From sequence record MK308676.1: a stretch of DNA of 64,000 nucleotides; one strand, given 5' to 3'. A program made the position numbers and the translations under genes. Within the stretch, counting starts at the first letter, position 1. Every line of letters begins with the position of its first letter. Positions 46,818-56,499 of this stretch are shown one piece after another. Below the pieces are notes generated by a model. It was not told the origin of the DNA, ran no database searches, and saw only the letters and a program-made list of their open reading frames with translations.

Positions 46818-47488
46818 TTCAAGTAGACTTCTGTAAACTGCTAGACTCACGAGAGCTAGGTCGCTTCACGGACGCCGAAGGTCTTTTCGACCATTTTAAC
46901 AAGGCCTCCGACGAACGTAAAAAGATTCTGACTTTCCTTAAAAGCATTGAGACGGCCGAACGATACTCGCTGGAGAAGGTTCACTTTAACGATGCCTTGT
47001 TGTTCCTTGGTTCTGTTGAGGAGACGGAAAAGGTGGACCTGGCTTGGCTTAAGGTACATCGCCCGATTCTTGAAACGGGTAGTAACTTTAAGGTACTCAT
47101 CGTGCGCGTTAAAGGTGAGACAGTATGGTCCGTGTACGGACTCGACGTACCTACTTTTGACGGGTACCTTAGAAAAAGCCGCACGGGGCTAGACGCGGAT
47201 AAGTTTATGTCTGCGGTAGACCTATTAAGAATAGCCGATGAAGACCGAGCATGTCTAGAACTTCGCGACTATTACGAAAACACTTCCAGTAAAGACATCG
47301 GTGACGATATCGTCTTTACTACGGAAAGAGACATCGTAAAAACTCTAAAAATCTGGTATCGCTCAGATGCCATTCTCACGGTAAGCCCTGCCACGCTTAA
47401 ATGGATTACGGACGCTATTGACTTTATGCTCAAGGTTCCGCAACGCCAGCCTATTGGCGATGATAACTTAATGGAGCGTCTAAAATGA
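46814..47488 (+). CDS. Hypothetical protein
   Basis: ATGA coupling at 46814. Confidence 0.7.
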   Translation: MIQVDFCKLLDSRELGRFTDAEGLFDHFNKASDERKKILTFLKSIETAERYSLEKVHFNDALLFLGSVEETEKVDLAWLKVHRPILETGSNFKVLIVRVKGETVWSVYGLDVPTFDGYLRKSRTGLDADKFMSAVDLLRIADEDRACLELRDYYENTSSKDIGDDIVFTTERDIVKTLKIWYRSDAILTVSPATLKWITDAIDFMLKVPQRQPIGDDNLMERLK

Positions 47489-48015
47489 AAATAGTTAAAG
47501 CAGGACAGTATGTTCTTTCGGACGGTAAGACCGTAAAAGACGAGGTTTACATTCGCTTCGAAACCGGCGAAGGCGAACAGGTGGAGTTTACGCCAAGGGC
47601 AATGGCCCCAATCTTAGCTGCCGCTATTGGCCAGGGCATCGCTGCCGACGTCAAGTTCTTCAAGCCCTATCTGAAACGCCTAATAAAGAACATTCGAGCG
47701 AACATGACTGAGCCAGACAGAATGTTCTCCGAATGCGAATATACGGACCTAGTAGGCATTCCGGACTTCAAATGTGAAGTAAAGGCAGTCATGGTTCAAG
47801 ACAAGCTGAACATAAAGCTAGAGACTCTTACAGGTTGGGAGTCAGAGCAGACGGCACCGAATGTGGTTAATCTATACAACGATGATTTACTCTTCGACCC
47901 TGAGAACTTCGGCAACAAGAACAGCATTGTTGTGGGCGGCGACATCTTAGGTAGCGTGACTTACATCCTACATACTAAAAGGGAACAAGTATGCGACATC
48001 CAACCTCAAAAATAG
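47485..48015 (+). CDS. Hypothetical protein
   Basis: 176-aa ORF, coupled. Confidence 0.7.
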   Translation: MKIVKAGQYVLSDGKTVKDEVYIRFETGEGEQVEFTPRAMAPILAAAIGQGIAADVKFFKPYLKRLIKNIRANMTEPDRMFSECEYTDLVGIPDFKCEVKAVMVQDKLNIKLETLTGWESEQTAPNVVNLYNDDLLFDPENFGNKNSIVVGGDILGSVTYILHTKREQVCDIQPQK

Positions 48016-48773
48016 AAACCATAGACGAGCTAGTACAGGCTATCTATACTGCTACTCATGTTTTCTACGCGCCGTCGCTACCTGACGTCTATCGCGTCTC
48101 CAGTACGTATTCAGTAAACGGCGATACTATTACGATGACTGGCTACCATTCCAATACTGGAGAGGCACACCAGTTAGTGTTTGAGTTAGGCCATCTGAAA
48201 GATTGGGAGTTCTTCGACGTGAAGGATTCTAAGATTTCTAACGGGATGTCCTGTGCTGACTCTAAGGCTCTTTTCCAACCTCTGAATACCGCCGACAGAA
48301 AAGAAGGACATTGGCCATGTCGCGTATTCGCAATTACGTTATATCAGTTACTCAAACAAGGCTTTGACTTAGAAGGACACTTTGCTTTCCATCCGGTGCA
48401 ACGCCGTATGTATGAGTTCCGATGTAAGGAGGAAGAATACTTCTTCTACAATAAGGACTGCGTTCGCTGTAAGTCAGAGAAGAAGATTTGGCAGATGCGT
48501 CTAGCAGGAGCGTCCACAGAGTGGGCTACAATCGACCCATTGCTAAACTTCGATACATTTGTCATGGTAGACCGAGATGCCTTTAAGGAGGGCGCTGAGG
48601 TCGTTCTAGGGACATCGGTAGAATTCATGTCTCAGTTCCAACCGTGCCTGTCGGAAGGTAAAGGGCACATTGGCAACATGGGCATGGTAGATTTCTATGT
48701 AGCAACTGACTTGTTTGATGTTTTCAAAGTAGGTGAGGTTATACATGTCGACTCTGAAGGATTTATTTCTTAA
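47991..48773 (+). CDS. Hypothetical protein
   Basis: 260-aa ORF. Confidence 0.7.
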   Translation: MRHPTSKIETIDELVQAIYTATHVFYAPSLPDVYRVSSTYSVNGDTITMTGYHSNTGEAHQLVFELGHLKDWEFFDVKDSKISNGMSCADSKALFQPLNTADRKEGHWPCRVFAITLYQLLKQGFDLEGHFAFHPVQRRMYEFRCKEEEYFFYNKDCVRCKSEKKIWQMRLAGASTEWATIDPLLNFDTFVMVDRDAFKEGAEVVLGTSVEFMSQFQPCLSEGKGHIGNMGMVDFYVATDLFDVFKVGEVIHVDSEGFIS

Positions 48774-49408
48774 GTGGGCTGGCATTGGTAGTAGGGAAAC
48801 TCCTGAGTGGGTCTTCCCTCTTTTCATTGCCATTGGCTGGCATATGGCTAGCCTGAAATGTAAACTCTTTAGTGGAGGCGCTCCGGGGCCAGACACTGAG
48901 TTCGAACGTGGAACGATTCGTTTCATGCGCGATAATAATGTTCGTAATCTTATGGAGATTTGGTTACCATGGCGTACCTTCGGGAAGCGTAAGGGAATCG
49001 ACGGAAATCACTACAAGGTTCTAGATAAGCCCGACTATGATTTCGCTCGGCATATTCTGAATGATTCCGGTGTTTGTGTAAACCCATGGTTCGTTAAGAT
49101 GGGCCAAGCAATACAAAAGCTTTTTGCCAGGAATGTATACCAAATCCTTACAGGAGACTGGTCTAAAGTGGACCTGGTCATTTACTATGCCAAAGAGAAC
49201 AGAGAGAAGGGAACCGTTGGTGGCGAGAACTCGTATCGCAGTTTACCTAGCGCGCCATTTAGACATCCCGACTTATAACCTGGCTATCCGAGAAGACAGG
49301 GATAAGCTCTTTGACCTCATTGGGTTTAGGAGGGCAGATTATGCCGAAGCCAATGAAGTTATCACTCAACTTGACAATGGCAGGGAGCCGTTTGCTGACG
49401 CAGCATGA
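48745..49408 (+). pseudogene. SLOG-superfamily (DprA/Smf-like) protein split by a +1 frameshift at about 49226
   Basis: AGIGSRETP, FSGGAPGPDTEFERG, IWLPW and LFARNVYQIL lie in frame 1; the expected C-terminal GGT..A..LA...IP.YNL lies in frame 2. Confidence 0.65.
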
Positions 49409-49670
49409 CGGCATTGTCGTTGGGGCCCAGCATTTGGGCCAAGTTAAAGTAGTGCCGAAAGTCGTAGAAGTAAAGGTGAGTCCTGTTCAGGATTTTAGTT
49501 ACACATTTTGGAAGAACGTCTTCTCTCGTAGAAGAAAGCAGCTAAGATGTTTACGACGTTTGGAAGTAAAAGGTTTAAATGACGGTGGTGCGAAAGCATT
49601 GGCCTGCGCTCTTAGAGATTTACATATCCAGCCGGAGACAATAGTCTTTGACGGTGTGCTCGTGAACTAA
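49341..49670 (+). CDS. Hypothetical protein
   Basis: ATG 49341 after GGAGG RBS. Confidence 0.6.
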   Translation: MPKPMKLSLNLTMAGSRLLTQHDGIVVGAQHLGQVKVVPKVVEVKVSPVQDFSYTFWKNVFSRRRKQLRCLRRLEVKGLNDGGAKALACALRDLHIQPETIVFDGVLVN

Positions 49671-49719
49671 TCTATCATAACTTACTCTCTCAGCGAATAT
49701 GCTGAGAGAGGAGTTATTT

Positions 49720-50208
49720 ATGTTAGCTGAAATTGAAAAACATGTTGTTTATCTCAGTCCGACCGGCATTCGCTTTGTCGTAACTGACTTTGCATGGCAT
49801 GCTCAGGACTGCAGTATCCGAATGGTTAACTATACCAATATCGAGCCGACTCACGATAAACCTGCCTTTACTAAGTGGGTAATTGAAGAGTCATTATTCC
49901 TAAAGCAGTTCAGTGAGCCAGAAGGACCGACCCAAATCTATCCTTGGTGCAAATCGCCTCGTCTTAGCGAAAGAGACGAGCAAATCCGCGAGAGCTTAAT
50001 CTTCGGGGACTGGCATGTGTCGCCTGCCCGAACGGTCTTTGACCCTAAAACAATGAGAGAGGGGCCTGACGATGTTCACCCTAAAGAGTTATCTCGACGC
50101 CTTGGGCAAGCACAGGAAGTATCGTCCGTTGCCAAAGAGCCTAAAAGGCAGACATTACGCCGTGTACGCACGGGCTTTAAACTCGTTCCCTCAGCGAGAA
50201 AGTTTTAA
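49720..50208 (+). CDS. DUF1653-like SH3-type domain protein
   Basis: Y.SP.G..F.V...A.HAQD....V.Y....PT....W....LF...F pattern; GAGGAG RBS. Confidence 0.55.
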   Translation: MLAEIEKHVVYLSPTGIRFVVTDFAWHAQDCSIRMVNYTNIEPTHDKPAFTKWVIEESLFLKQFSEPEGPTQIYPWCKSPRLSERDEQIRESLIFGDWHVSPARTVFDPKTMREGPDDVHPKELSRRLGQAQEVSSVAKEPKRQTLRRVRTGFKLVPSARKF

Positions 50209-50497
50209 AGTAAATGGGGTTTCTATCTGCACTAAGATAGAAAGAGTAGTCATTGGGGACTATGGCGCTTATGTGGAAATAGCACCCGATAACTTCATGG
50301 GCCCAATGGATGTCGCTAAAGGACAAGAGTGGCGTTTAGATAAGGACTACATCGAGCGAGCCGGACTGAGCATTAAGTACTTGTGGTATGAGTGTTTAGG
50401 TAAGAAGCTTTACTTCCAACTGGATACCGTGAAGTATGCCGATTATAAGCCTGGCTTTTATTACATTTCCGTACTAGATTTTGATAAGGTGAAATAA
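50072..50497 (+). CDS. Hypothetical phage protein
   Basis: RVVIGDYGAYVEI...KYLWY...LYFQ..TVKYADYKPG.YYIS; GAGGGG RBS. Confidence 0.7.
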   Translation: MFTLKSYLDALGKHRKYRPLPKSLKGRHYAVYARALNSFPQRESFKVNGVSICTKIERVVIGDYGAYVEIAPDNFMGPMDVAKGQEWRLDKDYIERAGLSIKYLWYECLGKKLYFQLDTVKYADYKPGFYYISVLDFDKVK

Positions 50498-51258
50498 TGG
50501 AACTTGTTGCACTAGAGCATATAGATAAAGAAACTTGGAACGCTATGCGCTTGCGCTTAATCGACGCTGTGGATGAGGCACCTAAGGGATGGAAGAAAGA
50601 CGGCTTCCGAAATTCCCTTGCTTGTCTGACAACGGCATTTGAGAATAGAGATTACCTGGAAGTGCGGCCAATTCATACTCGAGACAGTCTCTTTCGAACG
50701 TCCGGAGATACCGTGGACGGCGGTTACTTAACTTGGTATGTTGAAGATGACCTTTTAGGACTACTTGTCGCAACCGAAGCAACGCAGAGTTCGCTTTACG
50801 CACATCACGGCATTAACCTAGAATACCCCTTCGTCAGTGCTGATGCGGTCACGCATCTGATAGCATCTTCGGAAGAGGACTACATAGAGTTCTTGTCTGG
50901 TGGCACAGACTATATTCGAATAGCGACCGACTTCCTCCATGTTCCAACGAAGTCACACGTAATGACCTTTACGACGTCTAACTGGGACATTCGAGAAGCT
51001 GACATTGGATTAACAACACCGCCTTATAGTAAAGTGCCTCATTTCGAAAAGCTTCGCATGTTGGAACAGGACCGCAAGAAATCGGTTGCCGTTTTACATC
51101 GCTGTATTGAAGAAAACGTACGTCTTGTCAAGCACATGGGCCACCCTGCCGTCATTGAGTCGATTAATCTCATTGGCCTTACTAAAGACGATATGAGCTT
51201 TAAAGTTCGTTCTTGTGATGAAGTTTTCTCATGTAGTTTCCTAGAGTGGCTGGATTAG
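50497..51258 (+). CDS. Hypothetical protein
   Basis: 253-aa ORF, TAATG coupling. Confidence 0.7.
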   Translation: MELVALEHIDKETWNAMRLRLIDAVDEAPKGWKKDGFRNSLACLTTAFENRDYLEVRPIHTRDSLFRTSGDTVDGGYLTWYVEDDLLGLLVATEATQSSLYAHHGINLEYPFVSADAVTHLIASSEEDYIEFLSGGTDYIRIATDFLHVPTKSHVMTFTTSNWDIREADIGLTTPPYSKVPHFEKLRMLEQDRKKSVAVLHRCIEENVRLVKHMGHPAVIESINLIGLTKDDMSFKVRSCDEVFSCSFLEWLD

Positions 51259-51311
51259 CGTCAAATCTAATAGACCTATAAACACCAACCTAAGAACTAA
51301 GAGGCTCCGCC

Positions 51312-53528
51312 ATGTCGTTAATACAAAGCGATGCCCCTTTCTTTATAGATACGCACGCAGACATAGACCCACATAAGTTTCTAAGTACTACGTGTGGCTA
51401 TGAAGCATGGGAAATCGAATATGCTTGTGAAGCGATTGACTTTATTCTAAACGCACTACCCATGGTGCGCTGTGAAGAACACAACAACGTTGTCCGCGTC
51501 GGTGGATTCTGGGCAAGAGACTTGAACAATGACGTGCGTAAAGAATGGGGTTCTCAAAGAATCAACAACTCTATCTTTATAGATTTAAGTGCACGTCAGT
51601 TAGTCTTCCATAGTTTCTTCGCAGTAGAAGTTCTTTACATCTTAGAAGTCTTAAAGAAAAGACAAACTAAGACGTCCAACTCGGCCATCGAAGAGATGTC
51701 CCGAGCCATCTACGAAAACACGTGGATAAAGAAAGCTCAAGAGCGTTCGCCGTTATCTATTAACTGGTCGGCCATCTCTCGAGACATGAACGTTACTCTG
51801 TTGGAATCTCAGCGTAACTTCATTGTTAACTATTCCCGTTACGTTCCTAAGATGAACCTAAACGGGATGATGTTAGCAGCTCCTCCTGGTACAGGTAAGA
51901 CAATTGCCGGATTCAGTTTCTCGCTAGCAATGAGTGCTGACATCACCATCTTTGCTGTTCCTAAGAACTCACTTACTGAGGTTTGGGAAGAGACAATCAA
52001 AACGCGCTTTAAAAAGAAGCAGAAGTATTGGATAAGTACGCGGGGCGATAACCCTACAGGTAAAGAGAAGTATATTATCTGTCACTACGAATCCCTACAG
52101 AAGCTTGTAGATATTGCTCCGCGTTTAGCAAGTAAGAATGTCGTTATTTGGCTCGATGAGTCCCATAATTTTAATGAGGAGTCATCTACCCGTACCAATC
52201 GCTTTGTTAGTCTTTGTAAACAATCTAGAGCCGAGCATGTAGTCTGGGCATCTGGCACACCTCTAAAAGCTATCGGTAAGGAAGCAGTACCTTTCCTTAC
52301 AACAACTGACCCTCTCTTTACAGAAGCCGTTAGAAAGCCTTTCATAGGTATCTTCGGGTCGACTAAAGCTCGTGCACTCGACATACTACATAACCGTCTA
52401 ACTAAGGTTACGTTTAAAGTTGAGAAAGCAACAGTCGTTAATAATGAGAAAGAAGAATACGTCACTCACATTAAGACGAAAGATTCACACCTTTATACAC
52501 TAATGCAGGTCCGTCAAGACGTTAAAGCTTTTGTCCAGGAGCGTAACGTCCACTACCAAGCAGAGATGCCTGAGATTGTAAGACGAACACAAGAACTGCT
52601 TAGTAACTTCGAGACTACCCGTAAGACCCAAGAAGAGAAAGTTGCTTACCGCAATTATCGCTTTATGGTCGAAGAAGTACGTAAGGGTCTCAACATGGAA
52701 CTACATAAAGACTGGCTCCCGTTGATGAAGCGCTATGAAAAAGAAGAGATAGAACCTACGATGGATATGGCTACGAAGAAAGAATTTCGTAAGCTTATCT
52801 CTCGCTACAAGTATATCGTTCTTGTTATTCGCGGAGAAGCACTAGGACTAGTAGTTACACGCAAACGAATCGATGCAATTAAGTCTTTAGTGGCTGAGTC
52901 TCCTTTTGGTAGCATTATTAACCAATCTGAGAAAAAGACGCTTATCTTTACGTCTTATGTGGATGTAGCAAACGCAGTAAAAGATAAAGTAAAAGGTCAG
53001 GGCTTTGAGCCACTGATGGTCTATGGCAGTACTAACTTGCAGCTAACAGACATAATGACTAAGCTTAAAGAAGACCCTAAAGCCAACCCGCTTATTGCAA
53101 CCTACGCTTCTCTTTCTACAGCGGTTCCCGTCATCGAGTGCAACACGGTAGTCCTCTGCGATGAGGCATTCCGCGTACACATTCGCAAACAGGCCATTTC
53201 GCGTGTCGACCGTTTAGGTCAAGATGCCAAAGTTCACGTAGTCTCGCTTCTTTTAGATACGAGACCGGACGATAACATCACTACTCGCTCTTTAGACATC
53301 ATGAAGTGGTCTAAGGAAATGGTAGACCAAATGTTAGGTGTCGATAGTGAAGACGAAGTAGAAATTGCTATGGAAAGTTGCTACGACCTCTTAGAACAGA
53401 CCGAAGAATGGGAAGAAGTTCCTAGCATTGAAGGCTACCGTGTAGAAGCGGAACCTATTCCTGAGAAAGTAGTTAACTACTCTTGCATATTTGATATTCC
53501 TCGTCGTTACTTCCAAGAAGCAGCATAA
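51312..53528 (+). CDS. Superfamily 2 (DExH) helicase of the phiKZ-like jumbo-phage type
   Basis: Motif I AAPPGTGKT, motif II LDESH, motif III ASGTP, TLIFTSY, LSTAVP, motif VI QAISRVDRLGQ. Confidence 0.85.
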   Translation: MSLIQSDAPFFIDTHADIDPHKFLSTTCGYEAWEIEYACEAIDFILNALPMVRCEEHNNVVRVGGFWARDLNNDVRKEWGSQRINNSIFIDLSARQLVFHSFFAVEVLYILEVLKKRQTKTSNSAIEEMSRAIYENTWIKKAQERSPLSINWSAISRDMNVTLLESQRNFIVNYSRYVPKMNLNGMMLAAPPGTGKTIAGFSFSLAMSADITIFAVPKNSLTEVWEETIKTRFKKKQKYWISTRGDNPTGKEKYIICHYESLQKLVDIAPRLASKNVVIWLDESHNFNEESSTRTNRFVSLCKQSRAEHVVWASGTPLKAIGKEAVPFLTTTDPLFTEAVRKPFIGIFGSTKARALDILHNRLTKVTFKVEKATVVNNEKEEYVTHIKTKDSHLYTLMQVRQDVKAFVQERNVHYQAEMPEIVRRTQELLSNFETTRKTQEEKVAYRNYRFMVEEVRKGLNMELHKDWLPLMKRYEKEEIEPTMDMATKKEFRKLISRYKYIVLVIRGEALGLVVTRKRIDAIKSLVAESPFGSIINQSEKKTLIFTSYVDVANAVKDKVKGQGFEPLMVYGSTNLQLTDIMTKLKEDPKANPLIATYASLSTAVPVIECNTVVLCDEAFRVHIRKQAISRVDRLGQDAKVHVVSLLLDTRPDDNITTRSLDIMKWSKEMVDQMLGVDSEDEVEIAMESCYDLLEQTEEWEEVPSIEGYRVEAEPIPEKVVNYSCIFDIPRRYFQEAA

Positions 53529-53534
53529 AGATAA

Positions 53535-53560
53535 CCTCTTCTATCGAAAGATAGAAGAGG
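53535..53560 (+). terminator. Stem-loop after helicase
   Basis: CCTCTTCTATC-GAAA-GATAGAAGAGG; immediately followed by AATCTTATG. Confidence 0.65.
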
Positions 53561-53592
53561 AATCTTATGAACCACACTTTAAGGAACTAACA

Positions 53593-54294
53593 ATGGCTAA
53601 GAAACTATGGCCTATTGAGTTCGGACCTTTCTATACACCAGAGCAATTAGCTTCCATGGGCACCTTCGAAGGCAGGTACTGGGAATCGGTTGCTAAGTCA
53701 GGTAAGAAACCAATAGGTAACATGAAAAGTTGGAAGTCTTTTGAGAACGTCGTATCTTTTTCAAAGGAAGAAAGAGACCCTAAAAAGTTTAATAAGTTCG
53801 GTGTTAAGTCTCGTTCTGATTTAAGCGATTGGCGCTCTAAAGGCTGGCTGACTAAAAACTCTCCTTTTGGTCACTACCAATGGTACATTCACTTCTTCTT
53901 TGGTCGTCGAGAAATCGAACACAAAGGTAAATCGGAAGACGAATGGCAGATTGGAAGATGGCGCTCTTATATTGCGCGACATATGGGCGGTATAAAGGCA
54001 AGAGGTGGAGCTACCGACAAACAGAAGCAAGGCATGTTGCAGTGGTACTGGAACTATGAACATTCCTTTAACGAGAAGAGAATCGAAACCAACGCTAAGA
54101 AGATGGCTCGGGCCACCAAGTCAGAAATCTGCACGATGGACGAGTTCTTAATTGAATATGGCTTTAAGAAACCGCCTAAAGAGAAAGAAGAAGTTTCTCA
54201 GGAGTCCCTAATCGTTACGACTAATCCTTGGGAAGAGTCTCGAGAAGAAGTTAAGATTATTACACCTGAAACTCACCCTAGTTTCTTTTACTAA
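53593..54294 (+). CDS. Conserved hypothetical protein of large DNA viruses
   Basis: F.P..TP..L...G.F.G.Y...N.FGVK...L..W..KGW.....P.G..QWY..F..GRR...D..QI.RW pattern; ATG 53593 after AAGGAA. Confidence 0.7.
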   Translation: MAKKLWPIEFGPFYTPEQLASMGTFEGRYWESVAKSGKKPIGNMKSWKSFENVVSFSKEERDPKKFNKFGVKSRSDLSDWRSKGWLTKNSPFGHYQWYIHFFFGRREIEHKGKSEDEWQIGRWRSYIARHMGGIKARGGATDKQKQGMLQWYWNYEHSFNEKRIETNAKKMARATKSEICTMDEFLIEYGFKKPPKEKEEVSQESLIVTTNPWEESREEVKIITPETHPSFFY

Positions 54295-54303
54295 AGATAT
54301 GAT

Positions 54304-54335
54304 GTCCTCTCTGTCTCCTAGGAGACAGAGAGGAC
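54304..54335. terminator. Perfect 32-bp palindrome, bidirectional terminator
   Basis: GTCCTCTCTGTCTC-CTAG-GAGACAGAGAGGAC between convergent genes. Confidence 0.8.
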
Positions 54336-54339
54336 TTTA

Positions 54340-54846
54340 TTAGTCCAGTTTAGGTAAATTGTAGATAGCCGAGAATCGATTAGTTGTAGCGTATTTGTAT
54401 ACTTCTGAAATGGGCTTACCTGAAGGCTTATCGTCGTCGGTGTAAAGTAAATCCATGATAACTATGGTCTTAGCGTAGGATTTACGTAGCTCTTCAATTT
54501 GACGAACATATTCCAATTCAACGGTTTTCTCATACGAATCTTTAGAATGTACTAACTGTTCTACATCGGTCATGTCGCCTTCTTTACCTTTAGCAAAGAC
54601 TTTAAATGGAGACTTGTCGTATGACGTAGCAATTAAGATACGTTTGTCCTTTTCGTAAAGTCCTAGAGCAGTGGCGATAAAGGTATAGATTTCATCCGCT
54701 ACAGCTTTATTCCAAGTACCGACGCCAATGACAATAACTTCTCGCTTTTCGAAGGTTTCTTGTGCGCCCGCCAATGTTTCGCGGATTTTATTCATGGCCG
54801 TAACTTCTTTTAAAGAGGCATCCATGATTGGATTGGTTCTTAACAT
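54340..54846 (-). CDS. Hypothetical protein
   Basis: Start moved to 54846 (AGGAG RBS). Confidence 0.7.
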   Translation of the reverse strand: MLRTNPIMDASLKEVTAMNKIRETLAGAQETFEKREVIVIGVGTWNKAVADEIYTFIATALGLYEKDKRILIATSYDKSPFKVFAKGKEGDMTDVEQLVHSKDSYEKTVELEYVRQIEELRKSYAKTIVIMDLLYTDDDKPSGKPISEVYKYATTNRFSAIYNLPKLD

Positions 54847-54928
54847 TACTATTCTCCTGTTTGTTCTACATGATTTCACAGTGAAGTTATAAGGAATCTG
54901 TCTCTCCTTAAAAAGGAGAGACAGGATA

Positions 54929-56338
54929 TTAAGCTACACCATACTTACGCAAGAATAAGCCAAGCTCATTATTTAAACGAATGACGTATTTCTCATTGGT
55001 ATCTTCATGAACTACAACTGGGAGACCAATATGGATTTTCCAAGTAGCCCCAGTGTTACCGACTGCCCAAGTAGTATTAGCGGCAATTGCACCGTTCGCT
55101 TCAAAGACTTGTCCTTGGTAAACAACTAGGTCGCCAGCAGCATAGGCTTCAGACGCAACATAATCCGGAACTGGTTTACCCCACGTCGCATTGCCACGCA
55201 GAACCTTACCTCGGTCGCTAGAAGTAGGTGCAGGTACGCTGCCTGAAGAACCACCATGGGAAGCTGTTGCTCCTTTCATAATGTTTCGTGCAGCAATAAG
55301 CGTAGAACCAATTAGCTTAATAGGTCCTACGTACCAGTTAGAGGTGTTCGAGGTTGTTGCTGTTTGGAAAGGCGTTGAAGTATTAGCTGCGTGTGAACCT
55401 ATGCAGACTGCGAAGTACTCGGCATCGTCACTAATTACAACATCGTTAGCATTGTAAGCAATGCTATCACGCCACAGGCCTCTAAATCCAGTTACGTCTT
55501 CGCCACTGACGATTGGTTTCCAGGTGTCGCCTGTCGTTCCTGGCATAAACGTGGACCGCGATGTCGCGCCATTAGCTTTCCATTGAATTCCTTTATGGAA
55601 TGTCAGTGCGTCAGCAGGGTAAGCTTTACTGCCCGTCCAGCCTTCAATGACTGCTCCCCATTCGCCGTCAGACTTTAGAGCTAAGTTAGGGTCAGCCGGT
55701 AACTTAGGTACAAGCCCTGGCTTAATAACGGTTGCTTTAGAGCCATTAGGGTCGAATTGTTGGTCAGGCCATGCTTGGAAGTATGCGCGCCATTTATCCG
55801 TGTCTGTCGCACCTGGGTTATAAACAGCATCGTTAAAGTTTGTTGCTGAGGATGACGTATGGTCCGTCGTACAGATTAGGAAAAGGCCATTGCCTGCGTA
55901 AATGTAATCGCCTAACTTATAGTTAAAAGACGATTGCCAGCTACCTTTAAAGTTTTCTTCATCCGATGCGTCTAGTGCAAAGCGAATAGGTGTCCAGCGT
56001 GAAGTCTCGGTACCAATTAACGGATTAGGTAAAGGCCCATTTGCTCCGTTAGCTTTTAGATAGATGTTGCCAAAGCGAATTAAATCGCCTTTAGCGTAAA
56101 CGCGAGTGCTGTCGTGCGGCGCGATGTTCAAGTCGCCTAATTCTGGTGAAATCCAGTATTGGTCAGTGTATCCCGTAATAGGAATGCGGTAAGTTGTCTC
56201 TGGTAAACTATCAGCCAAAGTAGCGGCTTTGTACATCAATCCCGTTTCATGACAAAAAACGATGCCTGGAGTTGGATGATGCGCCTTCATTTGCGCGATA
56301 GTATCTTTCATTAGACCGTTTATGGTAGAAACGTTCAT
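54929..56338 (-). CDS. Virion/tail fibre-like protein with about five CBM5/12-like (chitin-binding-type) repeats
   Basis: Repeats W/Y....Y..GD.V.Y.G..F.A.......W; fibre motif GAT....G.VPAP...D.GKVLRG.ATW. Confidence 0.7.
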   Translation of the reverse strand: MNVSTINGLMKDTIAQMKAHHPTPGIVFCHETGLMYKAATLADSLPETTYRIPITGYTDQYWISPELGDLNIAPHDSTRVYAKGDLIRFGNIYLKANGANGPLPNPLIGTETSRWTPIRFALDASDEENFKGSWQSSFNYKLGDYIYAGNGLFLICTTDHTSSSATNFNDAVYNPGATDTDKWRAYFQAWPDQQFDPNGSKATVIKPGLVPKLPADPNLALKSDGEWGAVIEGWTGSKAYPADALTFHKGIQWKANGATSRSTFMPGTTGDTWKPIVSGEDVTGFRGLWRDSIAYNANDVVISDDAEYFAVCIGSHAANTSTPFQTATTSNTSNWYVGPIKLIGSTLIAARNIMKGATASHGGSSGSVPAPTSSDRGKVLRGNATWGKPVPDYVASEAYAAGDLVVYQGQVFEANGAIAANTTWAVGNTGATWKIHIGLPVVVHEDTNEKYVIRLNNELGLFLRKYGVA

Positions 56339-56499
56339 AGTTAAAAAATCCTTATAAGTGCACTATAGGGGTCATTAAATTAGTCCGCTCTAAATAAACT
56401 CGTTTATTTAATGGCGACAAATCTTCTAGAGTATGACCAACATTTATATAACAAAAAACATACCTTTTCACCACACCTTTCCTGTAAGGGGAATAAAAG

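Noticed and set aside
49124-49408. Independent 94-aa gene
   Set aside because: Its 3' half is the displaced C-terminus of the SLOG-like gene; its 5' half is off-frame sequence.
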